Both the position numbers and the translations under genes were made by a program. A stretch of DNA of 64,000 nucleotides from Candidatus Gastranaerophilales bacterium (GTDB lineage: Bacteria > Cyanobacteriota > Vampirovibrionia > Gastranaerophilales > Gastranaerophilaceae): contig CALVAR010000009.1 of assembly GCA_944325575.1 (NCBI GenBank), forward strand, positions 7,761-71,760, given 5' to 3'. Numbering within the stretch: position 1 is the first letter of the stretch; each line of letters begins with the position of its first letter. Shown in pieces: positions 20,303-30,668 of the stretch. The notes under the pieces were generated by a model, which ran no database searches, was not told where the DNA came from, and was given only the letters and a program-made list of their open reading frames with translations.

Positions 20303-21417
20303 TCAACTATTTCCATTATGCTTTTAGCTCTGCAAGCCCATGTATGTTTTTCTTTTGTAATATTAAAAGCTTTATCCGCCATTTGGGTACGCTCATCTTC
20401 ATTTGCGAGATAATATGCTGCCTTATCAGCAATGTCGTCAAAAGAAGAATGATTAAAATATCCGAAAGAATCAGCAAATTCAGCTTTTAAGGATGGAGAG
20501 TCGCTTACAAGTGAAAACGTACCGACAGCGGATGCATTTAAAATTGTATGATGAATGCCCAGACCCTGCTGCATCGGATGGCAGTACAAAGAAATTTTGG
20601 ACTTATTCATAATATCAATACTTTCTTCTATACTGCATTGTCCCATATATTTAGCTTTCCCTTTAATATATTTTTCCCAAGGTCCGTTTCCGTAAATTCT
20701 GACATCAAAATCGGAAAGTTTTTGTATCATTTGGGCTTTTTGTTCATACATAGCCAATTCGGAAATATTTGTAAATAGCAAAAGATATTGTTCAATGTCC
20801 AAAGTTAAGCCGTAGGAATCTGTTACTGCACTTGCAATCTGCCAGAAGGTATGATTTGGATTCTTCATTGTCAGTTCATAAATCTGCATCATCAAATTGA
20901 ATACAAGTTCCGGCATGGTTTCTTTTAATTTTTTAAATTTTTCATCAATATCTATCATTGGTGAAAAATATACAATGTCGATTTCTTTTTTTGAATGTGT
21001 ATTTTGCCATAAATCCAAATCTACAGCCTGAGGAATATAGCCGTGTTTTAACTCGGGAAGATATTTTGTAAGAGCCGGTATATCTGAAGGAGTAGTTTCA
21101 AAAACCACAAATTTATCAAATGAAACAAATTGTTTAATAGTATCAAAGTTTTTTGCAAATACAGACTCACTCGACCACATGACATTTGTTATATTGTTGC
21201 TCAGTATATGCTGCCAGTGTTCTATTCCGGCATTATCGAATCCTATAGCAATATTAAACGGTATTTTGTCCGCATTACATTCCTCTGTTGTATATGCTTT
21301 TATACCTATTTGTCTGAATCCGTTTAATAATCCGTCAGAAAAAGAGGATAATATATTAAAACTGTTATTTTGTTCGTTTGTTTTATGCACTGCAACGATG
21401 ATATCTTCTTTTTCCAT
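20299..21417 (-). CDS. Glycosyltransferase-like protein (CgeB/DUF3880-type, GT-B-like C-terminal half)
   Basis: The size and C-terminal pattern (RIYGNGPW..., LGIHHTILNASAVGTF.., HTWACRA) resemble CgeB-family proteins. This assignment is from memory only. Confidence 0.45.
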   Translation of the reverse strand: MEKEDIIVAVHKTNEQNNSFNILSSFSDGLLNGFRQIGIKAYTTEECNADKIPFNIAIGFDNAGIEHWQHILSNNITNVMWSSESVFAKNFDTIKQFVSFDKFVVFETTPSDIPALTKYLPELKHGYIPQAVDLDLWQNTHSKKEIDIVYFSPMIDIDEKFKKLKETMPELVFNLMMQIYELTMKNPNHTFWQIASAVTDSYGLTLDIEQYLLLFTNISELAMYEQKAQMIQKLSDFDVRIYGNGPWEKYIKGKAKYMGQCSIEESIDIMNKSKISLYCHPMQQGLGIHHTILNASAVGTFSLVSDSPSLKAEFADSFGYFNHSSFDDIADKAAYYLANEDERTQMADKAFNITKEKHTWACRAKSIMEIVD

Positions 21418-21505
21418 ATCTCCTCCAATATCAGATTTATAAAAATATCATCCTATAATATATGCATTTTGTCGAATAAGCAATGTTTTTTAATAATTTC
21501 GGGAT

Positions 21506-21862
21506 TTAGGCTGATTTTAAAAGTTTTAATCGTCTGTATACAATACTTCGTTTGTCATCGATAAAGTCATTTTCATCCAGATAAATATTTGTATATTTGT
21601 CAGAATTTGAAATAAAAAGCATCATATATACGTCAACGGCTACGTTGAAAAGAGAAATCTTTTGTTTAAAAGCACACTCCTGAAGAAATAAGAGAAGATC
21701 ATAATTAATTGAGCTTACACTCTCAAGATTAATACCGATACGCTTTCTTCCCGCTTTTGCTTTATAAAGTTTTTTTAGTTCCTTAAGTTCAGATTGAGAT
21801 ACAACATTCCCTGTAATATCTGCAATACAAACTCCGTCAACATCCCTGATATCCATGTTCAT
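21506..21862 (-). CDS. STAS-domain-like protein (anti-sigma-factor-antagonist fold)
   Basis: 118 aa. The pattern IADITGNV....ELKELK......RIGINLESVSSINYDLLLFL resembles SpoIIAA/STAS proteins. No partner kinase or phosphatase is adjacent. Confidence 0.4.
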   Translation of the reverse strand: MNMDIRDVDGVCIADITGNVVSQSELKELKKLYKAKAGRKRIGINLESVSSINYDLLLFLQECAFKQKISLFNVAVDVYMMLFISNSDKYTNIYLDENDFIDDKRSIVYRRLKLLKSA

Positions 21863-21955
21863 CCCTGACTGTTTGTATGTGTTTTCCCTAACATTTATAT
21901 AATATCAGGTTGCGAAGTTTATTTAATTATATGAAAGTATTTTCTCTTTATAACT

Positions 21956-22768
21956 TTAGTTGCAGATATTTTTACCTTCGCTGTTGTACATTTTACTTCT
22001 AAAGTCTTTTATCTGCTCTATTTGTATTGAATAATCATCTGAAAGCAGCGAATTTGTATTGTTTATAAATGAATCAAGCATTTTGTTTATATTTTTATAG
22101 TTTAAAGATACCATATCATTTGCCATTACAGTATTTGAAAGAGCAAGACGCGTCATATCTCTAAAACCGCTTGATGCCATTTTTAATGCAAGTGTGTTAT
22201 TCATTGCAGTTTTCATCAAAGCTTGAGCTAAAACCATAGGCATGTGGCTTATCAATGCAGCTGCTTCGTCATGTTCTTTTGCATTTGCCGCTATCGGTGT
22301 TGCTCCAGTATCCTTTATTATTTTTATTAGTGTTTTTAAAGAGCTCTCCGGCGTATCTTCAAAAGGGGTTAATATCCATTTTGCGCATTCAAAAAGTTCT
22401 TTAAAAGAAGAATCAAAACCGCTGTGTTCAGTCCCTGCCATCGGATGTGTACCGATGAAGGTATAAGGGCGTTTTTTGTTCATTACAAATTCTTTCAGGC
22501 TGCATACATCAGCAACTATTGTTTCCTCCGGCAATATTTCCTCTAGTCTGTCAAGTACGTCTAATGTTGCGCTCATAGGCGAACATACAAAAATTACATT
22601 ACAGTCTTTTAAGTCTTCTATTTTGTCAGATATGTAAGGCGAATATTTTTTTGCTTCTTCTATTGCATTTTTGTTTCTTGTGACCGCAGCAACTTCATAA
22701 CCCATGTTAACAAGAGCTTTAAATAGTGATCCGCCTATTAATCCTAATGAGATAATACCTATTTTCAT
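21956..22768 (-). CDS. tyrA: Prephenate dehydrogenase
   Basis: MKIGIISLGLIGGSL Rossmann motif, DVCSLK, and GTHPMAGTEHSG catalytic His block. Confidence 0.85.
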   Translation of the reverse strand: MKIGIISLGLIGGSLFKALVNMGYEVAAVTRNKNAIEEAKKYSPYISDKIEDLKDCNVIFVCSPMSATLDVLDRLEEILPEETIVADVCSLKEFVMNKKRPYTFIGTHPMAGTEHSGFDSSFKELFECAKWILTPFEDTPESSLKTLIKIIKDTGATPIAANAKEHDEAAALISHMPMVLAQALMKTAMNNTLALKMASSGFRDMTRLALSNTVMANDMVSLNYKNINKMLDSFINNTNSLLSDDYSIQIEQIKDFRSKMYNSEGKNICN

Positions 22769-22791
22769 AGACCGATTATATCACATTTTTA

Positions 22792-24162
22792 TTATATTTT
22801 TGCGCCCACAGCTTTATAAAGAGCAATATAATCAATTAATCTCTGCGCTTTTGAGTTATCTTTTTCTGTTATCAGGCTCAATAGAGTTTCTTGAAACTGA
22901 ATCTTTTCCAGATAGGAGATTATTCCCGCTTTTTCTCTTTCTATAATCAAATTAAAATTATCAGACTGGAGTTTTACTTTTTTATTATTGCTGTTATCTT
23001 TTTGTGTATCAAATTTAATCATACACATAGCGTCATTAATTTCTTGAATCGCCGTTAAATCCGCTTGTTTGTATGCTTCAAACATCTGCTCATAAATGAT
23101 TTTTTTCTTTTTTAAATTTGCGCTCAAATTTCCGCCCGTGAACACTTTTTGCATTGCTGCAACTCCGACAAGAGCAAAAATATTGTCCCAGTTAAATAAT
23201 TCTTTTAACAAGAGTGCATTATATCCTGCAGAACCTATTATCGGGATTGTCGGCAAAAATTCTTTGCGTGCTATTCGTACATCGATTTTGGCTTTTTGCA
23301 GATCAGCTTCCGCTTTCATTAAATCGGGACGAAAGAAAACGACCTCGGAGGAAATGCATTCGGGAATATTTCCATAGTATTCAAGTGAATCAAAATCCCC
23401 ACGTTCTAAATTTTGTGCATCTGCCGGACACTCATCAATAAAAACTGCAAGCTGATGAAGATACAGACTCTGCTGTCTTTTTAAATCATTTAATTCGATT
23501 TGAGATTCTGTATGAAGTCTGTCCGTATAAGTGACATCGTACACGGAAGCAAGCCCTGCATCGTGTCTGTCCTTTGTAAGCTCCCATATCTTTTTCCGTA
23601 TATTATTAATTTTTTCCTGATTTTTTATTACCTTATCCAGTTTCACTATATTTATATATAATGATGCCACATCTGCTGCAAGAGTGATGTCTGCTGCTTT
23701 TTCTTCATATTGAGCGGCCTCAAATTCTTTTTTTGATGATTTTGTTTTGTCATGGTTTTTCAAAAAAATGTCCGCTTCATATTGTGCAAATAATGGTATT
23801 GCATATAGATTTGTCCGAACTGTAGCTGTTTCAATATCAAAAAATTGATTTTGTGCCGTTTTTATTCTTGCAAATGTAGGTGAAATCATCAAAGACGGAA
23901 ATTCTTTTGATTGCGTAACTTTTACCATCTGTCTGTATTCTTCTGTTTTTAGTGCTGCTTTTTTGATTTCATGATTATTTGCAAGTGCTCTGCATATATA
24001 GTCTTTTAAATACGGATCTGAAAAATTCTCCCACCAGGTTATATTTATCCGGATAAGTCTTGATTCTGCATTGGAAGCAAAGCAATTTTGCGGATTTATT
24101 AATGTCATAGCAAATAATAAAAAAATATATGTTATTATTTTTATAAAATTTTTATCAAACAT
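22792..24162 (-). CDS. TolC-family outer-membrane efflux protein
   Basis: Signal peptide followed by the two-fold repeated long coiled-coil/beta pattern typical of OEP family proteins. It is divergent from the MarR-EmrA-EmrB operon. Confidence 0.8.
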   Translation of the reverse strand: MFDKNFIKIITYIFLLFAMTLINPQNCFASNAESRLIRINITWWENFSDPYLKDYICRALANNHEIKKAALKTEEYRQMVKVTQSKEFPSLMISPTFARIKTAQNQFFDIETATVRTNLYAIPLFAQYEADIFLKNHDKTKSSKKEFEAAQYEEKAADITLAADVASLYINIVKLDKVIKNQEKINNIRKKIWELTKDRHDAGLASVYDVTYTDRLHTESQIELNDLKRQQSLYLHQLAVFIDECPADAQNLERGDFDSLEYYGNIPECISSEVVFFRPDLMKAEADLQKAKIDVRIARKEFLPTIPIIGSAGYNALLLKELFNWDNIFALVGVAAMQKVFTGGNLSANLKKKKIIYEQMFEAYKQADLTAIQEINDAMCMIKFDTQKDNSNNKKVKLQSDNFNLIIEREKAGIISYLEKIQFQETLLSLITEKDNSKAQRLIDYIALYKAVGAKI

Positions 24163-24237
24163 TTTTAAGTTGTCTTTTTAAAAAGGTTATGTTAGTATGA
24201 CAATTGTTAGTATGATAACAGTTAGTAAGGATTAGAG

Positions 24238-24708
24238 TTGAAAAAAATTAATAATACAAATATCGATTTAGGTTTGGAAATGGCTTTGACTGCTTCTGCA
24301 TATCGTGCTGCAGGACAGAAGACTTTAAAAGTTCACGGTTGTGATAATATCACCAGAGAACAGCTTGGTATATTACTCTTGTTGACACTGGAAGACGGAT
24401 TGTATCAAACCCAGATAGCTAATATATTGGGTAAAGACAGGCCAAATATCACAAGGATGATTGATATTCTGGAAACTAATGATTATATCAGAAGAGAAAA
24501 GGACCAAAATAACAGAAGAATTTTAAAAGTTTATTTAACGGATAAAGGCAGGGAAAAGGCAAGTATAGCAAAACCGTTAAAAGACAGAATGAATGCTGCT
24601 CAGTATAAAGATATGACAGATGATGAAATTATGACACTTATTAATCTTTTGAGAAAAGTGCGTAAAAACATAGAAACAGAATACAAAATAAATAACGAAG
24701 AGGTATAA
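24238..24708 (+). CDS. MarR-family transcriptional regulator
   Basis: Winged-helix block ITREQLGILLLL....LYQTQIANILGKDRPNITRMIDILE..DYIRREKD..NRRI. TTG start after AAGGA. Confidence 0.85.
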   Translation: MKKINNTNIDLGLEMALTASAYRAAGQKTLKVHGCDNITREQLGILLLLTLEDGLYQTQIANILGKDRPNITRMIDILETNDYIRREKDQNNRRILKVYLTDKGREKASIAKPLKDRMNAAQYKDMTDDEIMTLINLLRKVRKNIETEYKINNEEV

Positions 24709-24709
24709 G

Positions 24710-25726
24710 ATGGAAGAGAATAATAAACAAGATGACGCAATGCCTGATGTTAATACAAAAACATCAAGAAAAAAAAGAACAAAAAAAGTTGTAAAGAAGA
24801 GATTTTTAATCCCTACTCTTGTAGTTTTGGTGTTGTGCCTGCTTGGATGGCTTTATTTTTCTACTTTTGAAACAACAGATGATGCTTTTGTTGAAGGACA
24901 TATAATAAGAGTCAGCCCTAAAGTAACGGGTATTATTGAAAAATTATACGTAGATGATAACGAACATGTAAAAAAAGGGCAGTTGCTTGTAACAATAGAT
25001 GACAGAGATTATAAAGTAAGATATGAACAGGCAAAAGCTGCTTATGAGATGGCTTTATATAAACAAAAATCCGCAGTCGTTGACAAAAATGCTGCAGAAA
25101 CAGATTTGAAAATGGCTCAGCAGGATTTTGACAGATACAAAAACCTCTACGAAAAGGGTGCTGTATCTCAACAGGAATATGACAGAGCAAAGTCTAAATA
25201 CGATCTTGCAAAAGCAAACTATGCAACAGCACAGCAGCAGGTGTTTTCTAAAGAAAAAAATAAGGTTGCTGACGCAGAATTAAAAAGACTCGAAGCTGTA
25301 ATGAACCAGACAAAACTTGAACTTTCATATACAAAAATATATGCATCGGAAGACGGCAAGATAACTAACCGTTCCGCTGAAGAAGGCGCATATATAAATG
25401 CAGGTGCACCATTGTTTTCTATAGTACCTGATAAAAGATGGGTTGTTGCAAACTTTAAAGAAACACAGCTGAACAAAATAAGAGTCGGTCAAAAAGTTAA
25501 AATTAAAGTAGATGCCTATCCGAGTCTTAAATTAATGGGTGTCGTTGACTCAATACAATCAAGCACAGGTGCTAAAGCAAGTATGTTCCCTCCGGAAAAT
25601 GCTGTTGGCAGTTATGTAAAAGTTGTTCAGCGTGTTCCTGTAAAAATAGTATTTACTTCAAAAATAGATCCGCAATACAGCATCGAACCCGGTATGAGTG
25701 TTGTACCTAAGGTTTATGTAAAATAA
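24710..25726 (+). CDS. HlyD/EmrA-family periplasmic adaptor (membrane fusion protein)
   Basis: N-terminal TM anchor, TDDAFVEGHIIRVSPKVTGIIEKLYVDDNEHVKKGQLLVTIDDRDY lipoyl-like hairpin, a long coiled coil, and C-terminal beta-barrel (VKVVQRVPVKI). Confidence 0.85.
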   Translation: MEENNKQDDAMPDVNTKTSRKKRTKKVVKKRFLIPTLVVLVLCLLGWLYFSTFETTDDAFVEGHIIRVSPKVTGIIEKLYVDDNEHVKKGQLLVTIDDRDYKVRYEQAKAAYEMALYKQKSAVVDKNAAETDLKMAQQDFDRYKNLYEKGAVSQQEYDRAKSKYDLAKANYATAQQQVFSKEKNKVADAELKRLEAVMNQTKLELSYTKIYASEDGKITNRSAEEGAYINAGAPLFSIVPDKRWVVANFKETQLNKIRVGQKVKIKVDAYPSLKLMGVVDSIQSSTGAKASMFPPENAVGSYVKVVQRVPVKIVFTSKIDPQYSIEPGMSVVPKVYVK

Positions 25727-25731
25727 TTAAA

Positions 25732-25774
25732 ATTGAGCAGTCGCATTATATTACATATACGGCGACTGCTCAAT
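25732..25774 (+). other. Intercistronic 13-bp perfect stem-loop between emrA-like and emrB-like genes
   Basis: ATTGAGCAGTCGC (25732-25744), a 17-nt loop, then GCGACTGCTCAAT (25762-25774). No U-tract follows, so it is not a classical terminator. Confidence 0.6.
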
Positions 25775-25790
25775 TGGATTAAATATAAAA

Positions 25791-27383
25791 ATGAGTAATG
25801 AAGCCATAATAACCGAAAATTTAGAAAAGCCGAAAAAAAATCCATGGTATAGTGCAAGTGCAGTAATGCTTACAATCTTTATGGTTGTATTGGATTCGTC
25901 AATTGCAAACGTTGCTTTGCCTCATATTGCAGGATCTTTTTCCGCAACACGTGATGAGTCTACATGGGTTTTAACAAGCTACCTTGTTGCAAACGGTGTA
26001 ATAATTCCGTCTACTGCATGGTTCTCTACCTTACTCGGACGTAAAAACTTTTTACTTTTATCTACATTTATGTTTACCATTGCATCTGCATTATGCGGTA
26101 TGGCAACAAGTATGACAATGCTTATTATAGCCCGTGTAATTCAAGGTATAGGCGGTGGTGCGATTATGCCTATATCTCAGGCAGTTATGATGGAAGAATT
26201 TCCGCCGGAAGAACGTGGCGTGGCAATGTCAGTATTCGGCTTTGGCGTTATTTTTGCTCCGATTATAGGACCGACTCTTGGCGGCTGGATTACAGATACG
26301 TATTCATGGCATTGGATTTTCCTTATAAATGTACCCATAGGTTTTATCTCATTATGGCTTATCCAAAAGTTTATAGAAGATCCTCCGTATGCCAAAAAAG
26401 GGAAAGTTCAGTCCGTTGACTACTGGGGCTTTATATTTTTAACAATATGGCTTTTTGTGTTACAGATAATTCTAGATAACGGACAAAAGTGCGACTGGTT
26501 TGGCGCAAGATGGGTAAGATGGTCAGCTACGCTGGTTGTAATTACTTTTCTTGCATTTATTATAAGAGAACTTGTTGTAAAAGAACCAATTGTTGATTTG
26601 CGGGTATTTAAGGATAAAAATTTTGCAATCGGTACGGTATTGCACTTTGTTATCGGAGCTGTTTTGTACTCTACACTTGCTATTTTACCGTTATTTTTAC
26701 AGCAGTTAATGGGATATACAGCTACACTGAGCGGTCTTGCAATAAGCCCGAGAGGTTTTGGTTCACTTGCCGGATTAATCATCTGTGCAGTGCTTGCAAA
26801 TAGAGTGGATCAACGTTGGGTTATGGCTGTGGGAATGCTTATACTTGCATTTTCGAATATTCTTTTTGGAACTTTAAATCTGCAGATAGCTATGGGGAAT
26901 ATTATTTTGCCTAATATTATATGCGGAGCTGCATTTTCTGTGGTTATGATTCCTTTGATGACAATTGCTTTTGTTACATTGAAGAATAATCAAATGACAA
27001 ATGCTACAGGCGTATTTAACCTTGCCAAGAGTGTCGGAGGTGCAATCGGTACATCAGCTGTTTCGACAATGGTTTCGAGAATGAGCCAGGTTCATCAGAC
27101 ACACTTGATTAGGAATCTAACATACTCTCATCCCGGATTTACCGAAAAGCTGGGTGCGCTTCAGTCAGGTATTGCAACTATGTCAGGACATGCACTATCT
27201 GCAGCAAAGGCCAATGTGGTGGTATACAAACAACTGGTACAGCAGTCAACCCTTATGGCATATATGGATTGTTTCAAAATATATGCAGCATTACTGGTTA
27301 TTTTGACACCGATGATTTTCCTGTTCCAGAAAGTAAAATATAAAAAGAATAAACAGCAAAAGGCAGAAAATCCTTCTGCTTAG
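25791..27383 (+). CDS. DHA2-family MFS multidrug efflux transporter (EmrB/QacA type, 14 TMS)
   Basis: LDSSIANVALPHI, motif A-like GRKN, motif C-like region, and length/hydropathy consistent with 14 TMS. Confidence 0.88.
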   Translation: MSNEAIITENLEKPKKNPWYSASAVMLTIFMVVLDSSIANVALPHIAGSFSATRDESTWVLTSYLVANGVIIPSTAWFSTLLGRKNFLLLSTFMFTIASALCGMATSMTMLIIARVIQGIGGGAIMPISQAVMMEEFPPEERGVAMSVFGFGVIFAPIIGPTLGGWITDTYSWHWIFLINVPIGFISLWLIQKFIEDPPYAKKGKVQSVDYWGFIFLTIWLFVLQIILDNGQKCDWFGARWVRWSATLVVITFLAFIIRELVVKEPIVDLRVFKDKNFAIGTVLHFVIGAVLYSTLAILPLFLQQLMGYTATLSGLAISPRGFGSLAGLIICAVLANRVDQRWVMAVGMLILAFSNILFGTLNLQIAMGNIILPNIICGAAFSVVMIPLMTIAFVTLKNNQMTNATGVFNLAKSVGGAIGTSAVSTMVSRMSQVHQTHLIRNLTYSHPGFTEKLGALQSGIATMSGHALSAAKANVVVYKQLVQQSTLMAYMDCFKIYAALLVILTPMIFLFQKVKYKKNKQQKAENPSA

Positions 27384-27411
27384 TTGTTAATAAAGTACAA
27401 GAGGTCTCTAA

Positions 27412-28164
27412 ATGCAAAAAACATCTTGTGTATATTCAAAAGAATATGAAATAAAATATTATGAACAAAATGTTTGTGGTGATTTAAAAGAATCCTCTTT
27501 GCTGAATTTTTTGCAGGATATTGCCACACTCAGCGCAGAGTCTTTAGGATTCGGCCCGAGTTTTGTTTTTGCAAATAAATACGCCTGGGTTGTTTTAAAG
27601 TATCATATTGAACTATACAAAGAAATAAAAAACTTTGGATCTTTGACTATAAAAACTGAGCCCAGAGGTACATCAAAACTATATGCATTCAGAGATTTTG
27701 AACTGTATACAAAAAATAACGAGCTTGTCGGAAGGGTCGTTTCAGCATGGGCGCTAATAGATATGGAATCAAGAAAACTTCTGCCCGTTCAAAAAATACT
27801 TGACGGATATATGCCTGTCTATCAAAAACAAGATACTGACCTTGAATATAATAAGATAATTCTTCCTGAATATGCTGATTATCAAAAAGAATTTGACGTA
27901 AGATTTGATGATATTGATGTTAATCACCATGCAAATAATTGTAACTATATTATTTGGGCACTGGAAACACTCGATAATCAATTCAGATTGGAACATAGAC
28001 CACAGGTAATAGATATAAAATACAGAAAGGAGATATCTGTTGGTGCAAAAGTATTATCAATTGCACAGAAACTGCAGGTAAACGGTAAAATTTATACAAG
28101 ACATTTAATCAAAGATCTTGATAGAGATGAAGAGTTAACTTCCTTGCTTATACAATGGACATGA
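27412..28164 (+). CDS. Acyl-ACP thioesterase
   Basis: Double hot-dog layout. YEIKYYEQNVCGDLKESSLLNFLQD in the N-domain and RFDDIDVNHHANNCNYIIWALE in the C-domain (catalytic N/H/C region of the FatA/B-like family). Confidence 0.8.
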   Translation: MQKTSCVYSKEYEIKYYEQNVCGDLKESSLLNFLQDIATLSAESLGFGPSFVFANKYAWVVLKYHIELYKEIKNFGSLTIKTEPRGTSKLYAFRDFELYTKNNELVGRVVSAWALIDMESRKLLPVQKILDGYMPVYQKQDTDLEYNKIILPEYADYQKEFDVRFDDIDVNHHANNCNYIIWALETLDNQFRLEHRPQVIDIKYRKEISVGAKVLSIAQKLQVNGKIYTRHLIKDLDRDEELTSLLIQWT

Positions 28165-28234
28165 TAAAATTCCAATAATCGTAACATAAGATATAAAGAT
28201 TGATTTTTTTAGAAAAACATAAGATAATAAAACC

Positions 28235-30244
28235 ATGAAAAAAGAATTAACTATAGCATTATCATTAGTATTGGCAATGTCTTCGGGCATAAATTTGACA
28301 GCATCAGCTAAAATGTCTCCCGAAGCTTATAAATTGTTTCAAGAAACCAATATATTAGAAAAAGACTGCAATTACTCGCTAGCAATAGATAAGATAAAAA
28401 AGGCAATTGAACTTTCGCCTGACGAAGCTATCTTATATATTAAGCTTGGCGGAATATATTCTGAAATGGGTGACTGGCAGAATGCTCTTGTTGCATACAA
28501 AAAGGCTGTTAAGATAAAACCGAATGACGCTGTTGTTTATATAAGTATCGGTAATATTCTTCAGCAGCAGCATGATTATGATAATGCGTTTGCAGCTTAC
28601 AATCAGGCTTTGACTATTTTTCCGGAGTACAAGTACAATTATCTCAATCTTGCAAATGTTAAATTTTTGCAGGGCGATAATCAGGAAGCAATTAAGTATT
28701 TTAAGACATTTCTCGGATATTATCCTGATAACGTAGAAGCAAGAGAAAATCTTGCGTCTATATATTTAAAACTTGATAAGTATCAGGATGCAGCTGATGA
28801 ATATGCAACTCTGTATACAAAAAATCCTGCAGGATTTAATGAATATGCCAATTACGGTCTTGCACTGCTTCGTTCAGGTGATTATACAAACGCTGTAGAA
28901 ATGTTTAAAAAAGCAGTGAGAATAGACCCCAACGATTATGCCTCTCATGGAAATATGGCACTGGCATATGTAAGATTATCAAAAGATGAGCTTGCACTCA
29001 TTGAATTTAGAAATGCATTTACGATTAAGCCGGATCTTGATGATTTGAAATTTGATTATGCAAATCTGCTGGCTGATATGGGCAAAACACAAGATGCAAT
29101 TAATATGTATAAAGAGTACATTCAATACAAGCCCAAAGATGCTATGGCTTATTATAATCTCGGTTTAATATACCAAAAAAATACAAGATATAATGAGGCT
29201 ATTGAGGTATATAAGAAGGCTCTTGAAATTGAACCGGCAAATGTGGATGCAAAAAAAGAACTGGCAAGAACCTATCACCTGTGCAAGAATTATACTGAAG
29301 CAATAAAGCTTTATGATGAACTTCTTGCTATTGATAAAAATGACTATAATGTGTTGTTTAATAAAGCACTGGCATTGCATGCAACAGGTAATTATGAAAG
29401 CGCAATAGCTATATATAAAAATCTTTATTCACAAAGAACAGAACCTAAAGTAAGAGAATATCTCGGAAAAGCCTATATCTCTCAGGGTGATGTATATATG
29501 AAAAACGGTCAGCAGAAAAAGGCTCTTAACTCATATGAGCAGGCATCTTTATTGAATGCAAATGATAATGATGCGGTAAAGGCACTTGCCGATGCATATG
29601 ATTCAATGGGAATAAAAAATAAAGCTATAGAAAAATATGAAAAAGCTCTGGAGATTAATCCAGAAGACGTAAATACGCTCGTTGGATACGGTAATATTCT
29701 TTCTAAATATGACAGAAATCAAGAAGCCGTTGATGTTTTTAATAAGGCTCTGTCTATAGACAGTAAAAATCCTGAAGCACACAGCGCTCTTGCTGATGCA
29801 TATATGAAAGAAAAAGATTATGATAAAGCAATTTTAGAATATCAAAAAGCAATAGAACTTGAACCAAAAGACGAAGCTTCTATAATAAAACTCGGCAATG
29901 CGTATAAAGCAAAATCTGATACCAAAAGTGCTCTTGCTCAGTATGAAAAAGTAGTGTTTATGAATATGAAAAATACTGATGCACTTTTCAATGCAGGATT
30001 ATGTTATGCTGAGTTAAATGAGCAGGCTAAAGCAAAAAAATCATTCAGCAGCGTTATAGCTATTGATCCTAATTATGCTTATGCTTATTATGCGCTTGCA
30101 ATGGCTTTTGAAAATGAGAAAAACTATACTGCCGCAATTTCTAACTACGAAAAATTTATGAATTTAACTACTGATAATGATATGAAATCACAGGTTAAAA
30201 ATCAGATTGAATACTTGAAAAATAAAATCAATGAGAAAAATTAG
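28235..30244 (+). CDS. Secreted tetratricopeptide-repeat (TPR) protein
   Basis: Signal peptide, then about 17 tandem 34-aa units with the A..Y..AL...P...A TPR pattern throughout. Confidence 0.8.
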   Translation: MKKELTIALSLVLAMSSGINLTASAKMSPEAYKLFQETNILEKDCNYSLAIDKIKKAIELSPDEAILYIKLGGIYSEMGDWQNALVAYKKAVKIKPNDAVVYISIGNILQQQHDYDNAFAAYNQALTIFPEYKYNYLNLANVKFLQGDNQEAIKYFKTFLGYYPDNVEARENLASIYLKLDKYQDAADEYATLYTKNPAGFNEYANYGLALLRSGDYTNAVEMFKKAVRIDPNDYASHGNMALAYVRLSKDELALIEFRNAFTIKPDLDDLKFDYANLLADMGKTQDAINMYKEYIQYKPKDAMAYYNLGLIYQKNTRYNEAIEVYKKALEIEPANVDAKKELARTYHLCKNYTEAIKLYDELLAIDKNDYNVLFNKALALHATGNYESAIAIYKNLYSQRTEPKVREYLGKAYISQGDVYMKNGQQKKALNSYEQASLLNANDNDAVKALADAYDSMGIKNKAIEKYEKALEINPEDVNTLVGYGNILSKYDRNQEAVDVFNKALSIDSKNPEAHSALADAYMKEKDYDKAILEYQKAIELEPKDEASIIKLGNAYKAKSDTKSALAQYEKVVFMNMKNTDALFNAGLCYAELNEQAKAKKSFSSVIAIDPNYAYAYYALAMAFENEKNYTAAISNYEKFMNLTTDNDMKSQVKNQIEYLKNKINEKN

Positions 30245-30668
30245 TAAAAATTTAAAATACATTTTGGCTTCATTGTGCTTGTTTTCATTAATTTTTGTAT
30301 GCGGTTTCGGCTTTCGCTGCAGAAAACATAAAGCGTTACTTCTTTTTAACAGTCAGCCCATTACAAACCAGACTATTAACAATGCCGGCAGAAACTTTAA
30401 GGCCGGTGAAAATGTCTATTATATCCTTTTAAACGAAGAGGGCTTTAAAGATAATTTCATACGTGTACAAATAGTGAAAAAAGAAGAAAAAACTCACCAC
30501 TGGGGCTATAATATATACTGGTCAAAGGATTTTGAAATTGATACATCCTTGAATTATTTTAAATCCTATTTTGTAATAGATGAGCCGGGATATTATTTTA
30601 TGCAGATTTTTTCTTTTGATGATTTTGATTGGCCGATTATACGCAATGATTTTTGGATTAAACCATAG
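30231..30668 (+). CDS. Hypothetical membrane-anchored or lipoprotein-like protein
   Basis: The ORF overlaps the TPR gene end by 14 nt. It has an N-terminal hydrophobic segment with Cys (LFSLIFVCGF). No known domain recognised. Confidence 0.45.
   Translation: MRKISKNLKYILASLCLFSLIFVCGFGFRCRKHKALLLFNSQPITNQTINNAGRNFKAGENVYYILLNEEGFKDNFIRVQIVKKEEKTHHWGYNIYWSKDFEIDTSLNYFKSYFVIDEPGYYFMQIFSFDDFDWPIIRNDFWIKP

Noticed and set aside
26093-26782. Out-of-frame and antisense ORFs (108, 72 and 120 aa) inside the MFS transporter gene
   Set aside because: They lie entirely within a well-supported 14-TMS transporter CDS. Their R/Y/W-rich or inverted hydrophobic compositions are typical frame artefacts.
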